From Anthoceros angustus (taxonomy: Eukaryota; Plantae; Anthocerotophyta), in assembly GCA_010909165.1 (NCBI GenBank), contig MU008181.1:434001-498000 (forward strand): a stretch of DNA of 64,000 nucleotides. The letters run 5' to 3'. The notes beneath the pieces are model-generated. The model was not told the origin of the DNA, made no database searches, and was given only the letters and a program-made list of their open reading frames with translations. Position 1 is the stretch's first letter. Each line of letters begins with the position of its first letter. Positions 46,301 to 58,155 of this stretch are shown here, piece by piece. Both the position numbers and the translations under genes were made by a program.

Positions 46301-48793
46301 TTTCAGGAAGCCACACCCGTTCATGGCAGCTGAGACCAGGATAGTCAAAAGAAAGGGAGAGGGGCAAGCCAGGATTCACGTAACAGACATTTCAAGAAGG
46401 ACACATGAAGCATTGCTTCAGGTAGAATCAAAAGAAGAACTTACCATGACTGACCTAGACCGAGAGCTTTGAAGCTCCTGCAAAAACTTCGTCAAAGCTC
46501 CAAGCCTCACCCTTCCCTTCACCTCGATAACTTTTGACCACTCATTCAAGTCCGCTTTGTCTCCACTGCAGAGCCACATAAAAGCGAAAAATGGTCAGCC
46601 CACCAGGATACCAACCAGCAAGCCTATACTAAGCCAAAATTCAATCACAACAGAACAAAAATCCAAAATTTGAGTGTTACCTTCGGAAAAATATTCTCAC
46701 TGCTGTCAATTTGGAGTTGTTCGTCTGCAAGTTTCCCTCCCAAACCATCACGCATGGTGCAGGAGAAGGTGAAGCCTCCACCTCTTGTTTACCTGCTTTT
46801 TCTGCTGCTGCCTTCTCTTCCACCACTGCATCTCGAGATTCCTGGAAATCATCCATTGAGGGAATAGCTGGCAAATTGGGGTCCAGAGTCGTTTCAGGTG
46901 CCAATTCCACGTCTGGCATTTCAGTGTCCAGCTCATTCCTGTCAGCATCAGCATCCGTCACAGGTGGTGGAGATGCTGCATTCCTTGCCACCTCTGTCAG
47001 TACCAGATCCTCTGTTTCGTTCTTCACATCTGTCTCTTCCTTGGTAACATTCTTGGAAGGACTTTGATGACTTGCAGTCACCTCGACACTAGGAAGGACA
47101 TCCTGCACATCCTTCTCCTCATAAATCTGGAACTCCCCTTTATGAGTCTTCTTCACAATGAACCGTGGGTCCACATCTGCGTCTGTCAATACCACCATGT
47201 GTGCAAGCTCCTCAGCTTTGGCAGTCCTCCACTCCGAGAGTTCCTTTGAGGCCAACTCTTCTGCTGTCATGTTGCACAAAGCCTCTGGGGTTATTTCCCC
47301 AGAAAACACACGAGCCCGCAACTCCGGATTATTCTTATCCTTCAGATTAAAAAGCAGGGACCGTGCCTTCTCTCTGTACTTTTTGTTCACTCCTCCAAAA
47401 ACTACGAACAGCTGAGACTCGATACTCACGGCAACTTTCCTAGCTTGCTCCACCACACGCTGCTGAAGCAGCTCAACTTCAGCCATGATATTCTCACTGT
47501 GGCCGTCCTTCATCTCACTATCAGGCTCCTTAGCAGCAGACTCAATCGACTCCATCGCGGACAAATCATCCTCCAGTTTCACTTCACCATCTGACACGAA
47601 AAACTCCCGCCCACCAGTCCCTTCAACTTCCATGCTGGGACCATCCCCAGCAACATCCTCACGGGATGATTCCTCAAACCCTACCATATCCACGTCCCCC
47701 TTCTCTGCTTTCGTCACGTTCTTGGGCTCATTGGCACGAGTGTTCCCCTCCCCACCGACGTCCGCTTTAGGTTCCGACTCTGCATTCCCGATCTGTGAGC
47801 TGTCGACAATTTGCAAGGCCGAGGTCAACGAATCGCGCAGTTTCAGTCTCGTCGACTCCACCTGAGGAGCAGAAACGGCGGTTTTCGGCGAGGTAGACTC
47901 GAGCATCACCACCTTGTTATCGAGTTCTTGTTTCTGCCGTTGCTTGTCATGCCACCCAATCATCTGTTTCAAAGAGATATCATCCACGGGAGACACAGAT
48001 GCCACACCTTGCTCCGGCCGATGGCGTTGCTTCGTTCTGGAAATGGCCTCAAGCTTCTTCAGCGGAGCTTTATCCCCAACAACATGAGGAATATTTACTT
48101 CAGCGCCAAAGGGAACTTCATGTGCATACGTGCTCTTTGTTTCAAAACCATAAAGAGAGTTTGGAACATAATTGTATGGTGGCAATGTATCCACAAAAGC
48201 AAAGGGATCATTTGGCGGCTCGAACCACGGAAAGAGAGTCATCCTTTGTGGCGCTGCTGGTCCACTCGTCCATTGCGAATGCGCCTTCAAGTCCTCCTCC
48301 GCCGGAATCTGAAAGGCCTTCATACCCTGCTGAGCATCGTGATCCACCACCTGCTGTCACAACGGCACCACAGGAGGCATGCAGATCAGCAACCCTCGCA
48401 CACAAGAACAAACACGAGCTTTTCACAAGTCAGAAACCCGTCACGATCTTCTCAAGCATAGTACCTACACGACAAGCTAGCAGCAATGAAAGCGGCACAC
48501 ATCAGCGCAGCATGCCCAACATGTCTCAGCCATCAGCTTCTGACAACAAAGCCCCCGCAAAACTTCTAATGCTCTCCCACACAAACCCCAGAGGACAGGC
48601 CAGGCCAGACCAAGGACAAGAGGAGGGCAGCAAACAACCAAGGCGGCGGACGCAGAACCAGCACCGGCAGCAGCACAGATAAAGGACACAGATCTTGGTC
48701 AGGAGACGGGCACAACAAGAGTGGCACCGCCGGAGGGGTAAGGAGAGTCACCTCAGAAACGCCACCACCAAATCTCATCTCTGAAGTCCCCAT
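43347..48793 (-). CDS. TFIIS-central + SPOC domain protein (BORDER/PHF3-DIDO-like) with C-terminal RS/RE-rich tail, multi-exon
   Basis: TFIIS-M: IESQLF..KKYREKARSLLFNLKDKNNPELRARVFSGEITPEALCNMTAEELAS..KKTHKGEF. SPOC: VWEGNL, IEVKGRVRL, RVGYAEPSPGFELYLLPP, MGVVVWR. Short first exon 48793-48752 splices in frame to about 48353. Tail DRSRSRDRGRSR... Confidence 0.88.
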
Positions 48794-49032
48794 GGGCCCA
48801 GCTCATCGCTGAGCTCTATCCTCCGGGTGATGGCGGTCGGATTGCCAGGTACCAGCGGAGGCGGCAAAGAAAACAAACCGATCCCGCTTCCGCTCTCTCA
48901 AGACGTGACCTAGAGCGCAACTGAACCTCACCTCCGGAAAGTTACACATGCTTTATAAGGTCGAGCGAATTAAGTTTGGTAGAGATGTTAGCATTGAAAA
49001 AAACTTATGGAATTCACCGGGGGAGAAAGAAA

Positions 49033-50345
49033 ACTTTATTATAAAAAAAAGATGGGAAAAATCCATCCACTACAAAAACAAAAGGGGAAAAACCCAAGGA
49101 AGGGCACCATACCAGGGGGACTAGCCCCCACGATCACGCATTTCAAAATTACCAATTGCTCGAAGAATTTCGTGGTCAGGGGTGTAAAAAGGCCTACTTA
49201 CCACCGGTGTCGAAGAAGCTACATCTCCCGCGCTCGTTGTCGTTCTATACACTGCGTTAGCCAACGCCCTCTACAGTCAACGCCCTCTACGTCTGCGTCA
49301 TGTGTAGTGATACGCTGTCCACCCGCCGGACAGCGAGCCAAGTACGTCCCAAAGTCATCGAGAGGGGCCTTGCAGGTACAAGTTGAAAGAGAGCAAGCCA
49401 GAGGATGGACCAAGCCAAGGCGAAGACATGCGCATCGCGGTGGAAAAGGTTGCTGGTGCGATACGGAACGCCTGAATACTAGGTCGAGCCAGAAGCCATG
49501 AACCTGCCCCCTTTCCTAAGCAAGAGCGAAGACGAGCCCAAGTGGGCCTAGGAATGGAGGAATCCCGGAGGAGGGCTAATTGCGCCTGCCCGTACTGTTT
49601 CTCCAGGAGGGACGCCTGAAGCCCCCGGAGCCCAACCTCGCCGGAAGGCGAGGAAAAAGACGGCATGGCAGCCCTCGCCTCAGAGGATAAAGAGTCCCTG
49701 GCTAATCTTAGTGAGGCCTGCATAGGAAAAGTCCCCTCCTCAACGCCCGCGACAAAAGCCTCCAAGATATGTGAATGCCGAATTAAGAAATGGGAGAACA
49801 AGATGGGGGCAGAGAGAGCCCAGCTCCCTAAGAAAGCAGCTAATGCGGAGGCCTCCGTAGCCAGCAAACCAGTGCCCCCAAAAGCGATCGGAAGGCCTGC
49901 CACTTCGCAAGATCCCCGGCCGTACACTCTAAGGTGCCTGGGCCGATGATGTCGCCTAGAACCTGTATAAGCCGCTTGTCGAAATTCCTTAGGCTAGACA
50001 AGAAAACCGGGGAGGGGGCAACCGTTTGGAGACGGTACCCTTGCCGACGCGCAAAACAAAAGGACAGGATCCCAAACGCCACTTGCGGGTCTCCTAGTTG
50101 AGAGGTCGTCAATTTACGCCAAATCCTCAGCCAAAGCCGCGTCCACATAATCCTGGGTGAAGATAGGAGGCCCAATCGGGGCACCAAAAACCCGAAGCGC
50201 CGGCGGAGAAGCAATATCCCCCTCCGGATACCGGAGAAAAGGCTCAACGGCAGAGGGAGACCAAACCTTGCACTTGATGATTTTGACCTTCAAACTGAGG
50301 CAGGAGAGCTTTGAAGTGAAGAAATCAAATGTGAAATTCACCTGC
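49033..50345 (-). mobile_element. 5'-truncated CRE-like non-LTR retrotransposon, copy B (RT C-terminus, thumb, Zn knuckle, partial RLE, 3' UTR)
   Basis: KCKVWSPS..RVFGAPIGPP.FTQDYV, LPIAFGGTGL, SCLGKGAGSWLLARP, CTCKAPLDDFGTYLARCPAGGQRITTHD. The 3' end is homologous to copy A. Confidence 0.78.
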
Positions 50346-50399
50346 AGTTAGGGCTGCAGGTGAAGAATTTTATGCAATAGCGATAGAAGTACTAATGGA

Positions 50400-51660
50400 T
50401 TATATCGCAGTCCGTAAAATTCTCTAGATGGTAAAACAACTCCTTACATGGCCAGGGTAGGAATGTCTTGAAAAATGATCAAGGCTTAGCTGTTAAGAGA
50501 ACCATTTAAAGATCTAGCATTGAGAAAACATGTAGATGAAACAGACAAAGATTCTCTAAATCTTTCAAATGATATATATACTCAAGACAAACCAAGTAAA
50601 ACTTTATCTTCTTTAAAGGCTCTAGCACTACTAACTACATTATTAGTAGGAATCAAATTAGGTCGTCCAATTTACAGTTATACAGTAGAGACTAGTGAAG
50701 CCTTGGGTTAGGTAACTAAGGAGATTAGGCTCCGATCACATGCCTTTGACCTTCGCAAAGCCTGGAGATAAAGAAAAAGCTCGTGGAGAAAGGGAAAGCT
50801 CATGGAGATGAAGTACACTACTAAAGAGGCTTGGCGAAACACAGTCTAGAGTCAGGTTGATGGAGATCATGGACTCATGTAACGTAAGATTTTTCTGAAT
50901 AATCATATGAGGCTTTACGGGCAAGTGAGGGGGCATTTAGGGTTAACCAAGGAGAAAAATCTAAATGAAAAGCATGGCGTTTAGCGACGGTTCTTCTCTT
51001 TCTCGACTGCGCTTTCATTTTGGTAAGCGAGAGATGTAAGCATCCTGGAGTGTCAAAAAAAGGCCTTGAACTTGAATCCTCCTTCAGGGAGAATGAGGGC
51101 TGAGAGAAGAGATGAAAACGCGAAGCGTTTTCATGGTTAGAGTTAAGCTTACTTACGTCAATACTCTGGTTTTTCTTATTTAAGTCTATTGAGGGAAGTT
51201 CGTAGATTTGCTTCCAAAGGCCGAAGGGGGGAAGAATCCTACGGGCACTGAGCGATTTGCAATCCAATACATTACCCTTATGTTACTTAGCCCTTTCTTA
51301 GACTTTTTGTACTGAAAAGTTTGAAAAATGACCTTCAGCCTTATATTTAACTTCGATAGAGGATGAGGAAGCGAAAGCTTTGCAAACTAAGAGCGCCCTG
51401 GACAAGGTTCTTCAAATTGAAGAAAAAAAAAATTGAGAGTTTTCTTTTTGTTTTTCAAGTCTTCTGCAAACCTTCGAAACAGTCCAAATTCGTCAAAGTG
51501 GTAGATAAATGACACCAAAATCCAACGAAAGCTTCTCCTACGATCGCATAGCGAGTGGAGCGTCGATAAGAGTACTGGCAGTCGTCTCCATACCAAGATA
51601 CATGCGAGTGAAGGGCAAAATGAGGAAAGTGAAGAGTGCACACAAGGGGAAAACTTGGAT
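50400..51660 (-). pseudogene. Unassigned degenerate TE-like coding relic (possibly L1-type ORF1)
   Basis: Short broken ORFs; FGLFRRFAEDLKNKKKTLNFFFLQFEE weakly recalls DUF4283. No firm motif. Confidence 0.25.
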
Positions 51661-51682
51661 TATTCACATATGGACAGTGGAG

Positions 51683-52500
51683 ACTTTATAAAAAAGAAGA
51701 GATTAGGAAAATCTATCTATTCTGAGTCGATAGGGAAACAACCCATTTAAAGGGTCAAGGGCCAAGGGGTAGCCTCCGAATGTCGATCTTAAAATTACCA
51801 ACTGCCCCAAGTATGTCGTGGTCAGAAATAAGGAAAGGCTTACCTACGACCGGTGCCACTGATGTTGCGTCTCCTGCGCCCATTGCCGTACTGTAAACAG
51901 CGTTGACCAACGTCCTCTACAAGGCGATGGAAACCCGTTGTCGAAAGAAAGCCATCACGGAGGGAAGGGGGAGACCCACCCCGTTCCGTCGACCGTAGTA
52001 GGCTTTAGCACAATCCTTTGTGAGCCGCCCGAAATCCTTGTTCATAGCCCCGTGGGTCTCAACGGTGAGGGGGATGAAGGCATGGCCGTCTTGCATAGGC
52101 GTGTACTTGTGTACTAAAGATGTCGGGCATCCCTCCGCCGCCCAACCCGGAGGGTTGATGATGACGTGCTCACAAACGGTGTCCCGAGTAGGGTCCGTTA
52201 TGACGACATCCATAAAAGAGATTTGATCCCCCTGGTCTAAATAGATCCGCCCTGAGCGACATGCCATTGTGCATGTGGGCCAAGTCCTCCTCCAAAGCAG
52301 CATCGACAAAACCCTGAATAAAGTCCGGGGGTCCCACTAGTACCCCAAGATGTGAAGTCCCTACGCGAAAACAATGTTCCCCCAAGATATTGAAGAGAGG
52401 GAGTGATGCCCGACAGGGACCAAACCTTGCACTTCAGAATCTTGATCCTCAAACCTAGGCGAGATAGCTCCAAGAAGAAGAATTTGAACGCCTCCTTGAC
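51683..52500 (-). mobile_element. CRE-like retrotransposon copy C, 5'-truncated and internally deleted
   Basis: KCKVWSLSG..VLVGPPDFIQGFVDAALEEDLA is joined almost directly to MSLRADLF..DVVITDPT..KYTPMQDGHAFIPLTVETHGAM..RQRVSIAL. The thumb/Zn-knuckle segment present in copy B is missing. Confidence 0.78.
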
Positions 52501-53313
52501 CTTGTAGTGGACAGCGCCCTAAAGTGTGCTACCGCGAAGAGGGCACCCCCCGTCGCCAAGTCAAGCACAGAAACCCTTTTCGTCTATGGCCCAGGCTGAA
52601 AGTAGAGGTTAGACGGAGAACCATAGAAAGAGCGGATAAATGGAGTAAGACTTGCTAGGTACTTGCCCGCATCCTTGAGCTCCGTAAAAATTCACATATG
52701 TACGTTCTTTATGTATTTTTGTGTTATTAGGTACGTGCATTGCGTCAGTCCATCCAACATGGTATTTTACGACGCCTCCTTTGTTGATTAGGGCGGCAAG
52801 ATTGATTCTTCTATTTTTGACTCATCTTAATATATTATATTATATTATATTATATTATAAATTTATATAATCTTTTTGGGATGACATACTTCCGGAAATA
52901 GTCCTACATCTTTGAACATTTTCGAAACTCAAAATTTTCCGACCTCATAAGGGTTTGGAATGACATAAGTCTTTCATAATCCAAGGAGTCATGCTCGGTC
53001 GGCAAACTACCAATCCTACCTTTGGTTATAAGTGTGCACCATGGAAGGAGTCTTAAGACTCAAGTTGTCCTCGTAGCCCATGACCCCCATAGCATTCTTT
53101 CAGCCCAATTTCGGGTCCTGAATTGTAATATGCAATGATGAAAGTGAGATGAAGAAGGAAGTAAAAACTCGTGTAGATGGGAACCCTTGTAAGATCCGAG
53201 CCGATCACTTGCTGCAAATCAGCAAGGTGGTTGCTTTTCAGGGTCTACCGGTGAAAGCCCTAGGACATCAAGCAGTAAGAGGTAGCCATGAATGCTGAGG
53301 TAGCCATGAATGC

Positions 53314-53363
53314 TGAGCCTTATACAATGTCACGTCTGCATATTTGACATTGTATAAGGCTCA
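53314..53363. other. Perfect 19-bp inverted repeat with a 12-nt loop
   Basis: tgagccttatacaatgtca (53314-53332) / tgacattgtataaggctca (53345-53363). Confidence 0.9.
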
Positions 53364-54760
53364 TTGTGAGCCCATCCTGTCCTAATCGTTCTCTCTTCTA
53401 TCTTCCTGGATGCATCCTGGATGCATCCTGGCCTGCCTGATTTGCTATAGAGACGATTACGCTGCCTCGATATGCTTCTGCTTCATGTTTGAAGTAGATT
53501 AGGACGTTAACTTAGGGGAGCCAGCCAAAACCTCATGGTATCGAGAAGATCTGCTTCGACAGTCTGTTCTGGATGTGGTCAGGGGCAGGGGTGCTGTCTC
53601 TTTTAACACCAGAGTTGTGGCAAAGGCCCTCAGGTACCTCCGTCTTGGGCTGGGGGAGCAATCCTCCGAAAATCACTATCCTTGGTGCTCAGGTGGTTAA
53701 AGCAAGACCAGATTTCTTCACACAGCTGGCAGGTGGGGTGCAGGTACCCCCTCCCCAACGGCTTCCTTCGTTGCTGACCCCGCCACCGCTGGCAAAACGT
53801 GGTCGGTTGTGAAAAGTCCCAAGAAGAACAGTAACAGTGGAACTGAACGACCTGCACCCATGTTACTTTTGCTTGTGAAGGCATCTGGAAGCAGTGGCAG
53901 AAGGGCATGCAACCGCACTCACAGATCGTCGAAAGCGGACAGCGGACTGCTGGATGAGGTAGTGGGGGGCAACTGCATGGTGTCCATGTATGCTCAAATG
54001 TGGGGAAGTGGAAGTGGCGGGAGGATGCACGCAAGGTTTTTGACAGCTTGGCCACAAAGGATCCTTTGTGGTGTCATGGAATGCCCTGATTGCTGGTGTC
54101 GTGGAATTCCCTGATTGCTGGTGTCATGGAATGCTTCTTCAAATGCGTCTAAACACACACACACTTGGTAAACTACATGATTTGGGCGTTTGGATCATAC
54201 TGTAGAATCTGGAAATGACCGCCATTTGCAAATCTACCGCTTCCTACGCTCTCGTGCAATGCGATAGCGGATAGACCACGACCGAGTCCAGGAAATTTCT
54301 CAACCTCATCCTGCCAGTGCGATCGTCCGTGGGATCCCATTCCGTACGAGCTGCAAGTGAGCGGCCTGTTAAACAAACACATGATCAAGCTTTCCTCGTG
54401 CCGTGCATGGAATGGTGGTGCTGCTCAAGCCTGCACCGCCACCTCACGTCGACGCACAATCATGAGACACTTGAAACAGAATCGGGTGTCGATTTACTTG
54501 GCTTCGAGTTGCTGAAGCAGATGATCTGGAGCCAGCGAGTGCCATATAGCAAAGCAAAAGATTGAGGCGTTAAGAGCTTAGACTTGCATCCCAGTGGGCA
54601 CAATCAGAGACTGAGTGCAGCGAGTATACGTGATTCACTCAAAGCTGAGAGTACAAACGATTGCACATCCCCTGGCAGAACTCCAGATGAGTATGAGTAG
54701 AACAAGCCTTGGGAACGACATTGCACAAGCACATGTCTCCTCAACTACTTCATCACGAAG

Positions 54761-55165
54761 CTAGCAGGTGCAAGGGGGAAAGGGCCCTACTCCGTCGCAA
54801 GAGATGACCAGGCGAGTGGGTGCGTTGACGGCATTGGGCTCGAACACGACCCCGGGTTTTAAGTAATCGACAGCGCCTCCTCTGGAGTTGCACAAAGTGC
54901 CATAGCAGAAGTTGGAAGACCACTGATATGACAGGATCGGGAAACCAGGGTCGAAGACGGCGAATGTGGATGTGGTCGGGAGCAAGCAATCGACTGCTAG
55001 CGTGCCACCGAAGTTTATCTGATCGTATGCATCGAACTCCAACTCGAAGGGAGGCGTCGAGCAAAACTGGCCTTGAGCCGTCACCACTTGGGCCAGCTCC
55101 AACAGCAGCAGCATGGCCACACCCGCCGCTGCCAAGTACGCGGCCTTGCCTGCGCTGTGAGCCAT
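54761..55165 (-). CDS. Secreted Cys-rich protein (134 aa), beta/gamma-crystallin-like signature, paralog 1
   Basis: Intronless ORF; signal peptide MAHSAGKAAYLAAAGVAMLLLLELAQVVTA; YDQINFGG; 7 Cys; ends in CTC. A close paralog lies 1.56 kb away. Confidence 0.8.
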   Translation of the reverse strand: MAHSAGKAAYLAAAGVAMLLLLELAQVVTAQGQFCSTPPFELEFDAYDQINFGGTLAVDCLLPTTSTFAVFDPGFPILSYQWSSNFCYGTLCNSRGGAVDYLKPGVVFEPNAVNAPTRLVISCDGVGPFPPCTC

Positions 55166-56320
55166 GACGCGGACGCCTCGCCTCGTTCCGCTTGCAAGTT
55201 GCTGCAAACACGCATCAATCAACAATGTCACCGCTCCACATCACATCATGATCGATATCCCAGCATTCTTGAAAGCGATGAAGAGCAACAACGTCCTCAC
55301 ATGCTGGCACGATCTTCTCTTCGAGACGGCCCAGGACGCGGGGTCGGTCGTGAACGTGGAGCTGTAAAGTGGAGGTGTGGGTGCGGATGCAAGTGAGGCA
55401 GACTGCCCGGCTTTTAAAGCCACCATGAAGGCTCGTCAGGGAGAAGCAAGGGATCCGGAGGAGGCTGAAAAGGGACGATGTACCTTGAGGTATTAAATTA
55501 AAGAGAAGAAACGGTGTGCTGACCCTTTCTGGCATATGCCTTCCGTCTTGTTGAAATCATTATTCGAGGTGATCTTCTGGAGTTTTCTTCTCTTGCTGTT
55601 GGGGCATCTGGATATGTTGCTCCCTTCTGCCTGGAGATGGTGTTCAGAAGATCCCACGTGCTTCACATGATGTGGGGCTTTCATCCTTGGCAGGAAGGAG
55701 TCGAATGCTGTGAAATAATTGATGGGTCGGTCTGGATAAAAGAAAGCTTCAAAAGCCACAGCTGGTAGACCAGGCAGAGGCTGAATCCCCTCCATAACTA
55801 ATCTAAACCTCTGCACGATCTGACCCTTTGCGACAGAGGATAGACTACGACCAAGTCTAGAACGTTTCTCAACCTCATCCTGCGAGCGTACCCCGGGATC
55901 CGTACCTGCTGCAAGTCAGCAACCCAATGCCTGTTAAACAAACATATTCATGGTTTACTCGCGCCCTGAATGGAACGGTGCTGCTGCTCAAGCCTGCACC
56001 GCCACGTGACCCACAATCATGGGATGCTTGAAACAGAATCGGGCCCGGGTGTCGCTTCCCTTGGCTTCGACTTGCTGAACTTCAGCTGATGATCCGAGCC
56101 CGCGAGTGGCAGATAGCAAAGCAAAAGATTGAGGCGTTCACAAACTTGCATCACAGTGGCCACAATCGGAAACTGAGTGCAGCGTGTATGATTATAAGTG
56201 GTTCACTCAAAGCTGAGTGTACCAACAGTTGCACATCCAGAACTCCTGATGACTATGAGTCAGGAGTAGAACAAGCCTTAGAAACCACATTGGACACATC
56301 TCTTCAGCTCTATCACGAAG

Positions 56321-56725
56321 CTAGCAGGAGCAAGTTTTGACGTATCCGCTGCAAGAGACGATCAGGCGAGTGGGTGCGTTGGCAGAGTCATCAGCCACAA
56401 ACACAGGGGAGCCGGGTGGTAAATATTCGACCATCCCTGATGTGGAGTTGCACAAAGTGCCATAGCAGGAGTTGGAATACCACTGATATGACATGATCGG
56501 GAAACCAGGGTCGAAGACGGCAAATGTGGCTGGGGTCGGGAGCAAGCAATCGACTGCCAGCGTGCCACCGAAGTTTATCTGATCGTATGCATCGAACTCC
56601 ATGTCGAACGGGGGCGGCGGGCAAAAAGGGCCTTGAGCCGTCGCCACTTGGGCCAGCTCCAGCAGCAGGAGCATGGCCACACCCGCCGCTGCCAAGTACG
56701 CAGCGTTGCCTGCGTTGTGAGCCAT
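56321..56725 (-). CDS. Secreted Cys-rich protein (134 aa), beta/gamma-crystallin-like signature, paralog 2
   Basis: Same length and reading frame preserved despite compensating indels; all 7 Cys conserved; ends in CSC. Confidence 0.8.
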   Translation of the reverse strand: MAHNAGNAAYLAAAGVAMLLLLELAQVATAQGPFCPPPPFDMEFDAYDQINFGGTLAVDCLLPTPATFAVFDPGFPIMSYQWYSNSCYGTLCNSTSGMVEYLPPGSPVFVADDSANAPTRLIVSCSGYVKTCSC

Positions 56726-57966
56726 GACGCGGACGCCTCGCCTCGTTTCGCTTGCAAGTTGCTGCAAACACGCATCAAGCAACCATGACGTCACGGTTCC
56801 ACAACACATCATGATCCCAGCAGTGCAACAGTGCTTGAAAGCGATGAAGAGCAACAACGTTCTCACGTGCTGCCGCAATCGCCTCTGCGAGATGGCCCAG
56901 GACGCGGAGTCGGTCGTGAAGCTGTGTGTGGATGCAAGAGAGGGAGACTGCCCGGATTTTAAAGCCAATGGACCACCAGAAAGCGTCGTCAATAGAGGAA
57001 AAAGGGAGGAGGCTGTAAAAAGGACCATGTACCTTCATGAATTAAATTATGGAGAAAAACAGCGTGCTGACCCCCTTCTGGGGATAAGCCTTCCTTGTTG
57101 TTGAAAGCACGACTCAATTGAAAATCGTTATTGGAGGTGATATTCTGGAGGTTTCTCCTCTTGTTGTAGGGGTCTCCGGATAGGTTGCCCTCCCTCCCAT
57201 CTCCCTGGAGATGGTGATCGGAAGGTCCCATGTGCTTCACGTGATCTGGGGCTTTTATCCTTGGTAGAAGGGACTCCAATGCTTTGGGATAGCATTGGGA
57301 TAGAAGCAAGCTTGAAAACCCGATGGTATACTAGGAAAGGCTGACTCCCCTCTAAACCTAATTTGAGAACCTATGAAATGCAAAAAACAACCCCTCCATA
57401 ACGTGATGCGCCTTTCCTGGCTTGGATTCCTCAGCCAGTGAGCCAGCGTAAGAGCGCATTGAGCAGCGTCCATGCGCAAAGGGCGACGAGGGGAGTGTGG
57501 GCAAGAGAGGGGGCTGTTATTATGATATATATTAGAACAATTCCGATGCCGCTCACATACGATCCGTGACGCAATGCTAGCGCGTCTGACTTCAGATCAG
57601 AAGATTACGTGTTCAATTCACGTCGGGTTCAGTAATGGCATCTAGAATTTGTTCAGAGATCAGAATTCTTGTCCCATACATACTCTTTGTAACATACTCT
57701 TTTGTAACCCTTGTTCCATACACAGATATATGATATATTCCCTAGTCTTTGTAAGTGAACGCATACGTCCCATGGCCAAATGGACACACATTTATAAGAA
57801 CGCCGTGCTTAAGCATCCTGAGCTTCGATCGGTACTTAGATGGCGTGCCTAAAGATGCCCTTGGTGCAAGTAGCTTAGGTACACCATGGTACAAGTTGTT
57901 AAGTACCAAGTCCCATGAGGAAATCCGTCCTTAGTGGACTTAAATAAAATAACTCTTCTTCTTCTT

Positions 57967-58155
57967 CTTTGAAGGTGCATAGATACATCCCATGGTCTTT
58001 GAAGGTGCATGGATACATCCCATGGTCTTTGAAGGTGCATGAATATATCCCATTGTCTTTCTAGGTGCATGGATACAACCTCCCATGGTCTTTGAAGGTG
58101 CATTTCGTTGATATGAACCTCGTGTTGATATGAACCTCGTGTTGATATGAACCTC
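57967..58155. repeat. Adjacent minisatellites: about 4.5 x 30 bp and 3 x 17 bp
   Basis: ctttgaaggtgcatggatacatcccatggt units at 57967-58103; gttgatatgaacctcgt units at 58107-58155. Confidence 0.92.

Larger units (their letters stand above)
54240..57400. repeat. About 1.56-kb tandem segmental duplication carrying the two secreted-protein genes
   Basis: Flanks are also homologous: tttctcaacctcatcctgc near 54296 and 55865; gtacctt..attaaatta..gtgctgaccc near 55480 and 57030. Confidence 0.9.
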
